From Actinomycetota bacterium (GTDB lineage Bacteria > Actinomycetota > UBA4738 > HRBIN12): a DNA stretch of 33,985 nucleotides. The stretch covers positions 1 to 33,985 of the forward strand of contig VAYX01000016.1 in assembly GCA_005885325.1 (NCBI GenBank). The letters run 5' to 3'. The position numbers and the translations under genes were made by a program. Below are positions 8,146-17,180 of this stretch, piece after piece (the stretch's first letter is position 1; each line of letters opens with the position of its first letter). A model generated the notes under the pieces. That model was not told the origin of the DNA. It did not search any database and saw nothing but the letters and a program-made list of their open reading frames with translations.

Positions 8146-8817
8146 TCAGCGTTCCAGCAGATCCGGACGGTTGCGGCGGGTCTTCTCCTCGGCGGCCTCG
8201 CGTCGCCACCGCTCGACCTCGGCGTGGTTTCCCGAGAGCAGCACGTCCGGAACCGCCATCCCCCGGAACTCGCTCGGGCGGGTGTAGTGGGGGTGGTCCA
8301 GGTGACCGTCCTCGAACGACTCCCGCTCGAGCGACTCCTCCTTGCCCACGACGCCCGGGATCAGGCGGGTCACCGCCTCGAGCACGACGAGTGCCGGGAT
8401 CTCGCCTCCCGACAGCACGTAGTCGCCGATGGAGACCTCTTCGGCCGGGAGGCCCTCGACGACGCGTTCGTCGACGCCCTCGTACCGGCCGCTGATCAGC
8501 ACCAGCCGGGGCTCCTTCGCCAGGTCACGGACGAGGGCCTGGTCCAGCCGGCGCCCGGCAGGCGACAGCACGATCACGCGCTTGGTTCCCTCTCCCAGCG
8601 ATTCCACCGCGGCGAACACCGGCTCGGGCTTCAGCACCATGCCCGGTCCGCCGCCGTAGGGTTCGTCGTCCACCTGGCGATGCCTGTCGGTGGCGAAATC
8701 GCGGATGTCGTGGACCCTCACGTCGATGATGCCGGCCTCGATGGCCTTGCCCAGCAGGCTCTCGCGCAGCGGGCCCTCGACGATGGTGGGGAAGATGGTG
8801 AACACGTCGATCCGCAC
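8146..8817 (-). CDS. trmD: tRNA (guanine37-N1)-methyltransferase
   Basis: VDDEPYGGGPGMV, LSPAG, GRYEGVDER, SIGDYVLSGGE, HYTRP and LLSGNH. Confidence 0.97.
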   Translation of the reverse strand: MRIDVFTIFPTIVEGPLRESLLGKAIEAGIIDVRVHDIRDFATDRHRQVDDEPYGGGPGMVLKPEPVFAAVESLGEGTKRVIVLSPAGRRLDQALVRDLAKEPRLVLISGRYEGVDERVVEGLPAEEVSIGDYVLSGGEIPALVVLEAVTRLIPGVVGKEESLERESFEDGHLDHPHYTRPSEFRGMAVPDVLLSGNHAEVERWRREAAEEKTRRNRPDLLER

Positions 8818-8823
8818 ACGCGC

Positions 8824-8832
8824 AGGCTAGCA
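8824..8832 (-). promoter_or_regulatory. Extended -10, leaderless-type, for trmD
   Basis: TGC-TAGCCT 6 nt upstream of GTG 8817. Confidence 0.55.
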
Positions 8833-8963
8833 GCGCCCGATCAAGCGGCGGGGCGGGCATGGCAGGCGCGCGTTCGGCGACGTCTATGGCGATCGGCTGC
8901 GGATACCCCGCCGGCGCATCGAAACATCACGCGTCCCCGTTCGGTTCCCGCAACGGTCCCTCA

Positions 8964-9479
8964 TCAGCTGGCCTCCGGGACGGTGAGGCCGGGGACCTCG
9001 CGGACCACGATGCGCTTGCCCGCCGTGTCCACTGCGACGATCACGTCCTTCAGGGCCGGGATCAGCGTCTCGCGGTCATCCGATACCGCGCTCCACACAT
9101 CGTTCGCCGCCGTATGGATGACCTCTCGCACCGTTCCCAGCGATCGGCCCGACTCGGTGACGACCTCGCAGCCCACCAGCTGGTGATCCCACCAGGAGCC
9201 GTCGGGAAGCTCCGGGGAGGCTGACTCGGGCACCATGAGGACGCTTCGGGCCAGCCGTTCGGCCGCGGTCCGGTCGGGGACCTCGCGGAACTTCACCAGC
9301 AGGCCACTGCGATGGCGCCGCGCGGACTCGACGGTGAGCACCCGTCCGTCCTCCAGGTAGACCACCGCCCCGTCGGCGAATCGCCCTTCGACCTCCGACA
9401 GCACCAGGACGGAGAGCTCGCCCTTCAGGCCGTGGGGCCGGGTGATGCGGCCGACCACGACGGTCGGCTCGCGGTTCAT
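8964..9479 (-). CDS. rimM: Ribosome maturation factor RimM
   Basis: VVGRITRPHGLKGEL, DRTAAERL, LVGCEV, ANDVW and LIPA; located between khpA and trmD. Confidence 0.94.
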   Translation of the reverse strand: MNREPTVVVGRITRPHGLKGELSVLVLSEVEGRFADGAVVYLEDGRVLTVESARRHRSGLLVKFREVPDRTAAERLARSVLMVPESASPELPDGSWWDHQLVGCEVVTESGRSLGTVREVIHTAANDVWSAVSDDRETLIPALKDVIVAVDTAGKRIVVREVPGLTVPEAS

Positions 9480-9712
9480 CCCGGGTCGACGATCTCGACC
9501 GCGGCGTGGACCCCTTCGCGGATGGCCGCCGCCTTCACCACCTGGCGAATGGCTCGGGCCGTTCGTCCGCCCTTGCCGATGACCTTGCCCATGTCCTCGG
9601 GATCCACGGTGAGCTGGAGGAGGATCCCGCGATCGTCGTGAACCTCGTTCACCTCGACCGCGTCGGGGTTCTCGACGAGCTCCCTCGCGATGTACTCGAG
9701 GAGCTCCTTCAC
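9476..9712 (-). CDS. khpA: KH-domain RNA-binding protein KhpA (UPF0109)
   Basis: GTG 9712 overlaps the rpsP stop. [16 protein letters not shown] and [17 protein letters not shown] (GxxG). Confidence 0.93.
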   Translation of the reverse strand: MKELLEYIARELVENPDAVEVNEVHDDRGILLQLTVDPEDMGKVIGKGGRTARAIRQVVKAAAIREGVHAAVEIVDPG

Positions 9713-9993
9713 GAAGCCGCCTTGCTCTCCTTCTTCTCCGACTGGAACTTCTCCCAGATGCCCGCCTTGGTCAGCAGCACCTGGACCGCTTGGCTCGGCT
9801 GCGCGCCCTTTCGGAGCCACTCCATGGCCCGGGCCTCGTCGATGTCGATCAGCGACGGATCCTCGAGCGGGTGGTACTTCCCGATGTTCTCGATGAACCG
9901 GCCATCGCGCGGGCTCCGCTGGTCGGCCACCACCACCCGAAAGAAGGGACGCTTCTTGGCCCCCATCCGCCGCAACCTGATCCTCGTCGTCAT
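9709..9993 (-). CDS. rpsP: 30S ribosomal protein S16
   Basis: [31 protein letters not shown] and GAQPS. Confidence 0.97.
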   Translation of the reverse strand: MTTRIRLRRMGAKKRPFFRVVVADQRSPRDGRFIENIGKYHPLEDPSLIDIDEARAMEWLRKGAQPSQAVQVLLTKAGIWEKFQSEKKESKAAS

Positions 9994-10005
9994 CCCGTTC
10001 CTTCT

Positions 10006-11343
10006 CTACGAGATCCCCGGCAGGCCCGGGATCTTCAGACCCCGCTTGCCCCCGAGCATCGTCCGCATCATCTTCCGGGCCCCGTCGAACTCCTTCAGCA
10101 GGGAGTTCACGTCGGCCGTGGTGGTCCCGGAGCCGCGGGCGATCCTCAGGCGCCGGGACCCACCGATGATAGCGGGGTTGCGGCGCTCCTCGGGGGTCAT
10201 GGAGCAGATGACGGCCTCCGCCCGGGCCATCTGGCGCTCGTCCACCTGGCCGGCCAGGTCCTTCAGCGCGTCCTTGCCCCCGGGGATCCCGGGAAGCATG
10301 GCCAGCAGATCCTGGAGCGGCCCGAGCTTTCGCATCTCGCGCATCTGCACCAGGAAGTCCTCCAACGTGAACTGGGCCGTGGCCATCTTCTCCGCGGCCT
10401 CCTTGGCCTTGTCGGCGTCGAGGTTCTCCTGGGCCCGGTCGATGAGCGTGAGCACGTCGCCCATCCCCAGGATCCTGGAGGCCATGCGGTCCGGATAGAA
10501 CGGCTCGAGGTCGGCGGGGCGCTCCCCCGTCCCGGCGAAGAAGACCGGGCGTCCGGTGACGGCGGTGATCGAGAGCGCCGCCCCGCCCCGAGCATCGCCG
10601 TCGAGCTTGGTGAGGATGAACCCGGTCGTGTCGACCTCGCGCATGAACGCGCGGGCCTGGACCACGGCGTCCTGGCCGGTCATGGCGTCGGAGGCCATCA
10701 GCACGTGATGGGGCTTGATCGCGTCCTTCACCCGCCGGGCCTCCTTCATCATCTCCTCGTCCACGTGAAGCCGGCCCGCCGTGTCGACGATGACCACGTC
10801 GAGCCCCTCCCGCTCGGCCTGCTTCAGGCCCGCCTTGGCCACCTTGACGGGATCCGCGCCGTCGGAGGCCACCGGGACGCCGACCTCTGCCCCCAAGGTG
10901 AACAGCTGCTCGACGGCCGCGGGCCGCTGGAGGTCCGCGGCGACGAGCAGCGGGTGCTTGCCCTTCTCCTTCAGCATCCGGGCGAGCTTGGCGGAGGCCG
11001 TGGTCTTGCCCGAGCCCTGAACCCCGGCCATCATCACCACCGCGGGCTTGGCCGAGGGAAGGGTGAACGCGGATTGCGTCCCTCCCATCGTTGCCTGGAG
11101 CTCCTCCCGCACCACCTTGATGACCTGCTGTGCTGGGGTCAGGCTCTTCATCACCTCTTCGGAGAGCGCTCGCTTCCTGACCCTTGCCAGGAGCTCGTCG
11201 GCCACCTCGACCGACACGTCCGCGTCCAGCAGGGCGGTCCGCATGTCGGCCAGCGCGTTGTCCACCTGCTTGGGATGCAGCTTGCCCCGCGACCGAAGCT
11301 TCTTGAAGATCCCGTCCAGCTGTTGTGTCAGCGTGTCGAACAC
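10006..11343 (-). CDS. ffh: Signal recognition particle protein Ffh
   Basis: GVQGSGKTT, DLQRPAA, DTAGR, TKLDGDARGG, and M domain SMTPEER..SRRLRIARGSG. Confidence 0.97.
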   Translation of the reverse strand: MFDTLTQQLDGIFKKLRSRGKLHPKQVDNALADMRTALLDADVSVEVADELLARVRKRALSEEVMKSLTPAQQVIKVVREELQATMGGTQSAFTLPSAKPAVVMMAGVQGSGKTTASAKLARMLKEKGKHPLLVAADLQRPAAVEQLFTLGAEVGVPVASDGADPVKVAKAGLKQAEREGLDVVIVDTAGRLHVDEEMMKEARRVKDAIKPHHVLMASDAMTGQDAVVQARAFMREVDTTGFILTKLDGDARGGAALSITAVTGRPVFFAGTGERPADLEPFYPDRMASRILGMGDVLTLIDRAQENLDADKAKEAAEKMATAQFTLEDFLVQMREMRKLGPLQDLLAMLPGIPGGKDALKDLAGQVDERQMARAEAVICSMTPEERRNPAIIGGSRRLRIARGSGTTTADVNSLLKEFDGARKMMRTMLGGKRGLKIPGLPGIS

Positions 11344-11739
11344 CTAGCCGCTCCCCTCCGTGGGGGCCAACACCTTCTCCACCGTCCGAAGGAGCGCCAG
11401 CGGGCTGAACGGTTTGGTGAAGTACTCGTCGGCGCCGAGCGAGAGGACGTATTCACGGCCTTCCTCGCCCACCGCGGTCACGATGATCACGCGGACGTCC
11501 GCCGTCTCGGGCGCCGACTTCAGCTCCTTCAGTACCTCCGCGCCGCTCGGGCCGGGGATGTTGAGGTCCAGGAACATGAGGTCCGGTGGCCGGTCCCGGG
11601 CCATGGCCAGGGCGGCCTGCCCGTCACTCGCCTCACGGATGTCGAACCCCTCGTGCTCCAGGACCATCCGCATCGCTTCCCGCATCGTCGGATGGTCCTC
11701 CACGATGAGGATGTCCGCCTTCGCCACGCCCTCAGCCAC
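11344..11739 (-). CDS. Stand-alone CheY-like response regulator receiver
   Basis: ILIVEDH, phosphoacceptor in FLDLNIP, VTA and TKPF, with no output domain. Start is GTG 11739 or TTG 11751. Confidence 0.9.
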   Translation of the reverse strand: MAEGVAKADILIVEDHPTMREAMRMVLEHEGFDIREASDGQAALAMARDRPPDLMFLDLNIPGPSGAEVLKELKSAPETADVRVIIVTAVGEEGREYVLSLGADEYFTKPFSPLALLRTVEKVLAPTEGSG

Positions 11740-11740
11740 G

Positions 11741-12745
11741 TCAGCCCCCAAGGATCCGTTCGGCGAAGGCCCGGGAGTCGAACGCCTGGAGATCGTCGAT
11801 CCGCTCGCCCGTCCCCACCAGCTTGACCGGGACCCCCAACCCCTCGCGAACAGCGAGCACGATACCGCCCTTCGCCGTCCCGTCGAGCTTCGCCAGGGCC
11901 ACGCCGGTCACGTCCACCGCGCTGGCGAAGGCTTCGGCCTGTGCGATGCCGTTCTGTCCGGTAGTCGCGTCCAGGACCAGCAGCACCTCGTCCACGGTTC
12001 CGGCGGCCTTCTCCAGCACGCGTTTGACCTTCTGGAGCTCGTCCATCAGTGGCGTGCGGGTGTGCAGCCGTCCCGCCGTGTCCACGAGCAGGACGTCGAC
12101 GTCGCGGGCCCGAGCGGACTCCACGGCGTCGAAGGCAACCGCGCCGGGGTCGGCCCCCCGCTGCTGCGCGATCAACTGAACGTTCGCTCGTCTGGCCCAG
12201 GCATCGAGTTGCTCGGCGGCGGCTGCCCGGAACGTGTCGGTGTTCGCCACGCTCACCTTGCGGCCCTCCCGGGCCAGGCGGGCGGCGAGCTTGCCGATGG
12301 TCGTGGTCTTCCCGGCGCCGTTGACCCCGACGACGAGGACCACCCCCAGGCGACCCGAGGGAAGGCGGAGGGCCCCGTCCTCCCCCAGGAGGCCCACGAT
12401 CTCCTCCCGAAGCAGGTCCTCGGGGTCGGCGCCCACCTCGTAGCGGTCACGGATGTCCCGCACCATCCGAGAGGCCGCAGCCGGGCCGACGTCGGCCTTC
12501 AGCAGGAGGTCCTCGAGCCGGTTCCACTCGTCCCCGCCGGGCGTCCCACCGGTCAGGAGGGCTCGGGCCCTCGCCCCCAGGCCGTCGCTCCGGCGGCGAG
12601 CCGGCGACGGCGCCTCCGCCGCCGGCATCGATGACGGTGGAGCTGCGGCCGGGGCACGGCCGCGTCGCGACACGGCCGTGACGATGCCCGCGACGACGAT
12701 CGCGACGACGGCGACGATGAACAGGCCGACGATCAGGACGTCCAC
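11741..12745 (-). CDS. ftsY: SRP receptor FtsY with N-terminal transmembrane helix
   Basis: Hydrophobic N-terminus, GVNGAGKTTTIGKLA, DTFRAAA, DTAGRL and KLDGTAKGG. Confidence 0.96.
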   Translation of the reverse strand: MDVLIVGLFIVAVVAIVVAGIVTAVSRRGRAPAAAPPSSMPAAEAPSPARRRSDGLGARARALLTGGTPGGDEWNRLEDLLLKADVGPAAASRMVRDIRDRYEVGADPEDLLREEIVGLLGEDGALRLPSGRLGVVLVVGVNGAGKTTTIGKLAARLAREGRKVSVANTDTFRAAAAEQLDAWARRANVQLIAQQRGADPGAVAFDAVESARARDVDVLLVDTAGRLHTRTPLMDELQKVKRVLEKAAGTVDEVLLVLDATTGQNGIAQAEAFASAVDVTGVALAKLDGTAKGGIVLAVREGLGVPVKLVGTGERIDDLQAFDSRAFAERILGG

Positions 12746-12756
12746 GGGGATACAGG

Positions 12757-15700
12757 CTACTCGGTGGCCGCGTCCGGACCGTGCAACACGGCGACAGCAT
12801 CGCCGGGTTCGGCCGTAGGCCCTTCGCCCGGCATCTCCAGGCGCTGCCCCACCACCCTCGAGGTCCCCTCCTTGCTCATCGAGACCCCGTACATCATCTG
12901 CGCGACCTCCATCGTCCGCTTCTGGTGCGTCACGATCAGCACCTGGGAGTCGTCGACGAATCCCCTGATCAGCTGGAGGAACCGGTGCAGGTTCACGTCG
13001 TCGAGAGCCGGCTCGACCTCGTCCATCAGGTAGAACGGGCTCGGCCTGGCCTTGAAGATGGCGAACAGGAAGGCGAGCGCGGTGAGCGCCCGCTCACCGC
13101 CGGACAGGAGCGAGATGCGCTTCACCCGCTTACGGCCCGGGCGAGCCTCGATCTCGATCCCGGTGGCCAGGATGTCCTCCGGCTCGGTGGCCACGAGCCG
13201 TCCCTCTCCTCCGGGGAAGAGCTCCTGGAACAACGCCTCGAAGGAGGACGCCACGTCACGGTAGGCGGCGGCAAACGTGGTGGCGATCTCCTCGTCGATC
13301 CGGGCGACGACCTGCATCAGGTCTCGCCGGGCCTTCCGGACGTCGTCGAGCTCCCTGGCCATGAAGTCGTGACGCTCCGAAAGGGCCTCGAACTCCCCGC
13401 CGGCGAGCAGGTTCACCCGGCCCAGGAGGGCCAGCCGGCGCTGCACGAGCTCGGCGCGCCGCTCGATGGACTGGGCCGACTCGTCCGTTCCCAAGCTCGC
13501 GACCGCCTGCTCCGGTTCCGCCTGGTGCCCCTCCCGTAGCAACCGCTCCGCGTCGCGGACCCTGCGCTCCAGATCGCCGCGAACCCGGTCCTCTTCCTCG
13601 TACTCCTCTCGGAGCCGTTCCAGCTCCTGGGAAGCCTCCCGCCAGGCTCGGTTGACCCCGGCTTCGCCTTCGGTCGCCTCGCGCTCGGCCTCGGCTGCCT
13701 CGTCCCGCCGAGCCCCAGCCGATTCCATTGCGGCCTCGGCGGCGACGAGGCGTTGGTCGGCGTGGCCCCGTTCGATGCCCGCGGCGTCGAGCGCCGCCGA
13801 AAGCGCGTCCGGGTCCTGCGCTGCGAGCGTCGCGCGCTCGGCGCGAACCGAGGTCAGCCGAGCGGAGATCCCGGCCCGGTCTCGCCGCAGGGTCTCCACC
13901 GCGACCCGGTGCTGGATCGGCGGCTCCGGGGCCCTCGGGAGGTTCGGCAGCACATGGGTGGCAGGCTCGGCCGCGGACAGCCGGTCTCGCCAGGCCGCGG
14001 CCGCGTCCTCCACCCCGGCCAGGCGTTGGCCCTGGCTCTCCTCCTCCCGGGCCAGCGCGTTCGCCTCGGTCTCCAGACGAGCCATGGCCTCGGCGGCGCG
14101 CGTGATCTCGGCGTCGGACTGCTCGAGCCGGGCGGCGAGCCGCTCGAACTCCGCCGCCGCCTGTCCCAGCCGGTGGCGCGCGGGCCGGGCCGCCGACAGG
14201 GTCCGCGCCAGGTCGTGTTCGACCCTTGCCAGCTCGCGCGCGATCTCGTCCCCCCGGGACGTTGATGCGGCGGTTCGGATGAACGCCGGACCGATCAGCA
14301 CACCGTCGGCGGTGACGAACGCGCATTTGGGATGGGTTTGGTGCTTCGCCACGGCCTCCTCGAGCGAGTCCGCGATGTAGATGTCCTTCAGGACCGTCGA
14401 AACGAGCCCGCGAGCGGCGGGATCGGCCGACACGATCGAGAGCAGGGTGCGTTCCTCGGGCAGCACGAAGGACGCGGGGCCTCCGCCGGCGACGGCGAGC
14501 GTCGCGCCCTCGCCGTTCGGAGCCTCCTCGATCGCGACGTCCATGTCCGCGTAGACGACCGCGTCGGCGAAGGGGCCGAGGCCCGCGACGAGCGCGCGCT
14601 CCCAGCCATCCTCGACCTCGACCAGTCTGCCCAGCAGCCCCACGGCCCGGTTGGCACGCGACGCGAGGAACCGGGACCCGGGGGTCTCCTCCAGGTCGGC
14701 CTTCCGCGCCTCCAGCAGCTCCCGCCGCGCGAGGAACCGCCGCTCGGCCTCTTCGAGCTCCGCCACCCGCCGGGCGAGCTCCGTCCGTTCCCCATCCAGC
14801 GCTGCTTTGCGTTCGGAGACCGGCGCGCTCTCCCCGTCGAGCCGCTCGATCTCCTCGCCCAGCCGGGCCCGCTCGGCTTCCACCGCCGCGCGTCGTTCGC
14901 GTACCTGCCCCAGGTGCTCCTCCAGGCGCGCCCGCTCGCGTTCGTGCGAGGCCAGCGAGGCTCTGAGCGTCTCCATCTCCGCCCGGTGGGCCGCGGCTTC
15001 CTCGGAGATCCGGCGGCGCTCCTCCTCCACGAGCCGCCGCGTCTCGATGGCCTCGCGGAATCCCCGCTCCGCCTCGTCGAGCTCGCGCTCGCGCTGCTCG
15101 AGCTCCACGGCCACCTCACCCAACCGCGCCTCCATGCGGGCCGAGTCCTCGTCCATCGCCGTCAGGCGGGCGTGCCGCGAGGCTTCGGCGGCCAGCTGCG
15201 TGCGCGCCATGGACTCGGCTTCCACGGCCGTGCGAAGCGCGCGCTCAGCGGAGGATTTCTCCTCCTGGGTCTGCCGGAGCACGGCCTCGGCCTCCTGGAG
15301 CGCCCACACCGCCCTGGCCCGCGCGTCCGCCGCGCTCGCCACGTCCTGGTCGAGCGAGTCCAGCAGCTCTCGAGCCCCCTTCCGCCGCTCGAGACCCTCG
15401 TCCCACCCTCCGGTTCGCCGATCACGCTCCGCCAGGAGGTCCCGCAGCCGTGCCGCAGCGAGCTTCACGGCCACCGCGTCCGCTTCGGCCGTCAGCTCCT
15501 CATGGCGGTGCGCCATCTCGGCCTGCTGCTTCAGCGGCTTCAGCTGGCGCCGGAGCTCGGCCAGGACGTCGGACAGCCGGACCAGGTCCTGCTCCAGGCC
15601 GGCCAGCTTGCGCTCGGCGCGCTCGCGCCGCCGCCGGTGCTTGGCGATGCCCGCGGCCTCCTCGATGTACTGACGGCGCTCCTCCGGCCGGACCGTGAGC

Positions 15701-16146
15701 ACCTCCTCGAGCTGCCCCTGGCTGACGATGGTGTGCAGCGCGCGCCCGATGCCGCTCTCCGACAGCAGCTCCTGCACGTCGAGGAGCCGGCACACCCGCC
15801 CCCCGATCCGGTACTCGCTGTCGCCGCTCCTGAAGATCGTCCGGCTGACCTCGATCTCGCTCATCGGAACGGGGATCAGGCCGGCCGAGTTGTCGATCAC
15901 GAGCTTGACCTCGGCCATCCCGAGCGCCGGACGCTGCGGGCTCCCTGCGAAGATGACGTCCGCCATCTGATTGCCCCGCAAGGCTCTTGGGCCCTGCTCT
16001 CCCAGCACCCAGCTGATGGCGTCGACCAGGTTGGACTTGCCCGACCCGTTTGGGCCCACGATGACGCTGATCCCCGGGGCGAACTCGAGGATCGTCTTGT
16101 CGGCGAAGGACTTGAAGCCTCGGATCTGGAGGGAGCGAAGGAACAT
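12757..16146 (-). CDS. smc: Chromosome segregation ATPase SMC
   Basis: GFKSFA, Walker A GPNGSGKSN, long coiled coils around a hinge, signature LSGGE, Walker B YLMDE and IVTHQK. Confidence 0.96.
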   Translation of the reverse strand: MFLRSLQIRGFKSFADKTILEFAPGISVIVGPNGSGKSNLVDAISWVLGEQGPRALRGNQMADVIFAGSPQRPALGMAEVKLVIDNSAGLIPVPMSEIEVSRTIFRSGDSEYRIGGRVCRLLDVQELLSESGIGRALHTIVSQGQLEEVLTVRPEERRQYIEEAAGIAKHRRRRERAERKLAGLEQDLVRLSDVLAELRRQLKPLKQQAEMAHRHEELTAEADAVAVKLAAARLRDLLAERDRRTGGWDEGLERRKGARELLDSLDQDVASAADARARAVWALQEAEAVLRQTQEEKSSAERALRTAVEAESMARTQLAAEASRHARLTAMDEDSARMEARLGEVAVELEQRERELDEAERGFREAIETRRLVEEERRRISEEAAAHRAEMETLRASLASHERERARLEEHLGQVRERRAAVEAERARLGEEIERLDGESAPVSERKAALDGERTELARRVAELEEAERRFLARRELLEARKADLEETPGSRFLASRANRAVGLLGRLVEVEDGWERALVAGLGPFADAVVYADMDVAIEEAPNGEGATLAVAGGGPASFVLPEERTLLSIVSADPAARGLVSTVLKDIYIADSLEEAVAKHQTHPKCAFVTADGVLIGPAFIRTAASTSRGDEIARELARVEHDLARTLSAARPARHRLGQAAAEFERLAARLEQSDAEITRAAEAMARLETEANALAREEESQGQRLAGVEDAAAAWRDRLSAAEPATHVLPNLPRAPEPPIQHRVAVETLRRDRAGISARLTSVRAERATLAAQDPDALSAALDAAGIERGHADQRLVAAEAAMESAGARRDEAAEAEREATEGEAGVNRAWREASQELERLREEYEEEDRVRGDLERRVRDAERLLREGHQAEPEQAVASLGTDESAQSIERRAELVQRRLALLGRVNLLAGGEFEALSERHDFMARELDDVRKARRDLMQVVARIDEEIATTFAAAYRDVASSFEALFQELFPGGEGRLVATEPEDILATGIEIEARPGRKRVKRISLLSGGERALTALAFLFAIFKARPSPFYLMDEVEPALDDVNLHRFLQLIRGFVDDSQVLIVTHQKRTMEVAQMMYGVSMSKEGTSRVVGQRLEMPGEGPTAEPGDAVAVLHGPDAATE

Positions 16147-16158
16147 GTCTGGAGGCCG

Positions 16159-16167
16159 ATGCTAGCA
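16159..16167 (-). promoter_or_regulatory. Extended -10 for smc
   Basis: TGC-TAGCAT 12 nt upstream of ATG 16146, with no SD. Confidence 0.5.
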
Positions 16168-16209
16168 GCGCCCGAGCGGTCGTTTCCCCGGTTTGACCAG
16201 GAACTTCAG

Positions 16210-16479
16210 TCAGCCGGTGATCCGGAAATCTCGGTCCCCCCGAACCTCTTCGGGAAGGACGTCGACCCGCTCCACGCGGGCGTGGTCCGGTCCCACCCCG
16301 CACCACGCCACCAACGCGTCCACGTCGTCGTCGATCCCTTCGAAGGCCGCCTCCACCCCCCCGTTCGGGAGATTGCGGACGAAGCCGCCGAGCCCGCGCT
16401 GTCGGGCCAACGTGGCGCACGTCGAGCGGAAGAAGACCCCCTGGACTCGGCCCTCGACCACCACGCGAACCCGCTTCAC
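16210..16479 (-). CDS. acyP: Acylphosphatase
   Basis: VEGRVQGVFFR and GFVRNLPNGGVEA. GTG 16479 gives 89 aa, typical for the family. Confidence 0.93.
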   Translation of the reverse strand: MKRVRVVVEGRVQGVFFRSTCATLARQRGLGGFVRNLPNGGVEAAFEGIDDDVDALVAWCGVGPDHARVERVDVLPEEVRGDRDFRITG

Positions 16480-16554
16480 TGCGGGATTCTTACCGGATCG
16501 GGCCGACGCCAACCCCAGGCGGCAACCAGGGCACGCTGAGACGACGGCCGTCCC

Positions 16555-16572
16555 TACAATCCTCCTCGGAGG
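16555..16572 (+). promoter_or_regulatory. -10 box and SD for pncA
   Basis: TACAAT at 16555-16560 and GGAGG at 16568-16572, ahead of GTG 16584. Confidence 0.5.
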
Positions 16573-16583
16573 CAAAGCAAACA

Positions 16584-17165
16584 GTGGACCTCGGCCCGAA
16601 AGCCGCTCTGATCGTCGTGGACGTCCAGAACGACTTCGCCGACCCCAAGGGGAGCCTCTACGTGAAGGGGGGCGAGATGGTGGTCCCGGTGATCAACGAG
16701 CAGGTGGAGGCGGCGAGGGCGGCCGGAGCTCTCGTCGTGTACACGCAGGACTGGCACCCGACGTCGACGCCCCACTTCCAGAAGGACGGCGGCATCTGGC
16801 CCGTGCACTGTGTCAAGGAGACGTGGGGCGCCGAGCTCCACCCGGATCTCTAGGTCGTGGGCCAGTCGGTGAAGAAAGGGACCGACGGCGAGGACGGCTA
16901 CTCCGCGTTCAGCGTGCGGGATCCGAGGACCGGGGAGACGGCCTCCACCCAGCTCGAGGCCATGCTCCGGGAACGAGGCGTCCAGGCCGTCACGGTGTGC
17001 GGCCTGGCCACCGACTATTGCGTGGTCGAGACGGTCCTCGACGCGCGGCGGCTGCGGTTCGAGACCGAGGTGCTTTCCCCGGCCGTCCGGGCGGTCGACC
17101 TCCACCCCGGCGACGGTGACCGCGCGCTCGAGCGCATGCGCGAGGCAGGGGCGGTCGTCGGTTAG
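16584..17165 (+). pseudogene. pncA: Nicotinamidase/pyrazinamidase interrupted by an in-frame TAG at 16851-16853
   Basis: ORFs 16584-16853 and 16857-17165 are in the same frame. Together they carry VVDVQNDF, QDWH, WPVHC, KKG..YSAF and GLATDYCV. Confidence 0.85.
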
Positions 17166-17180
17166 CGGTCGCCGCCGAGG

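Noticed and set aside
8841-8963. Small ORF or structured RNA in the rimM-trmD gap
   Set aside because: The short ORFs are Arg/Ala-rich without motifs, and I recognised no RNA family or strong hairpin.
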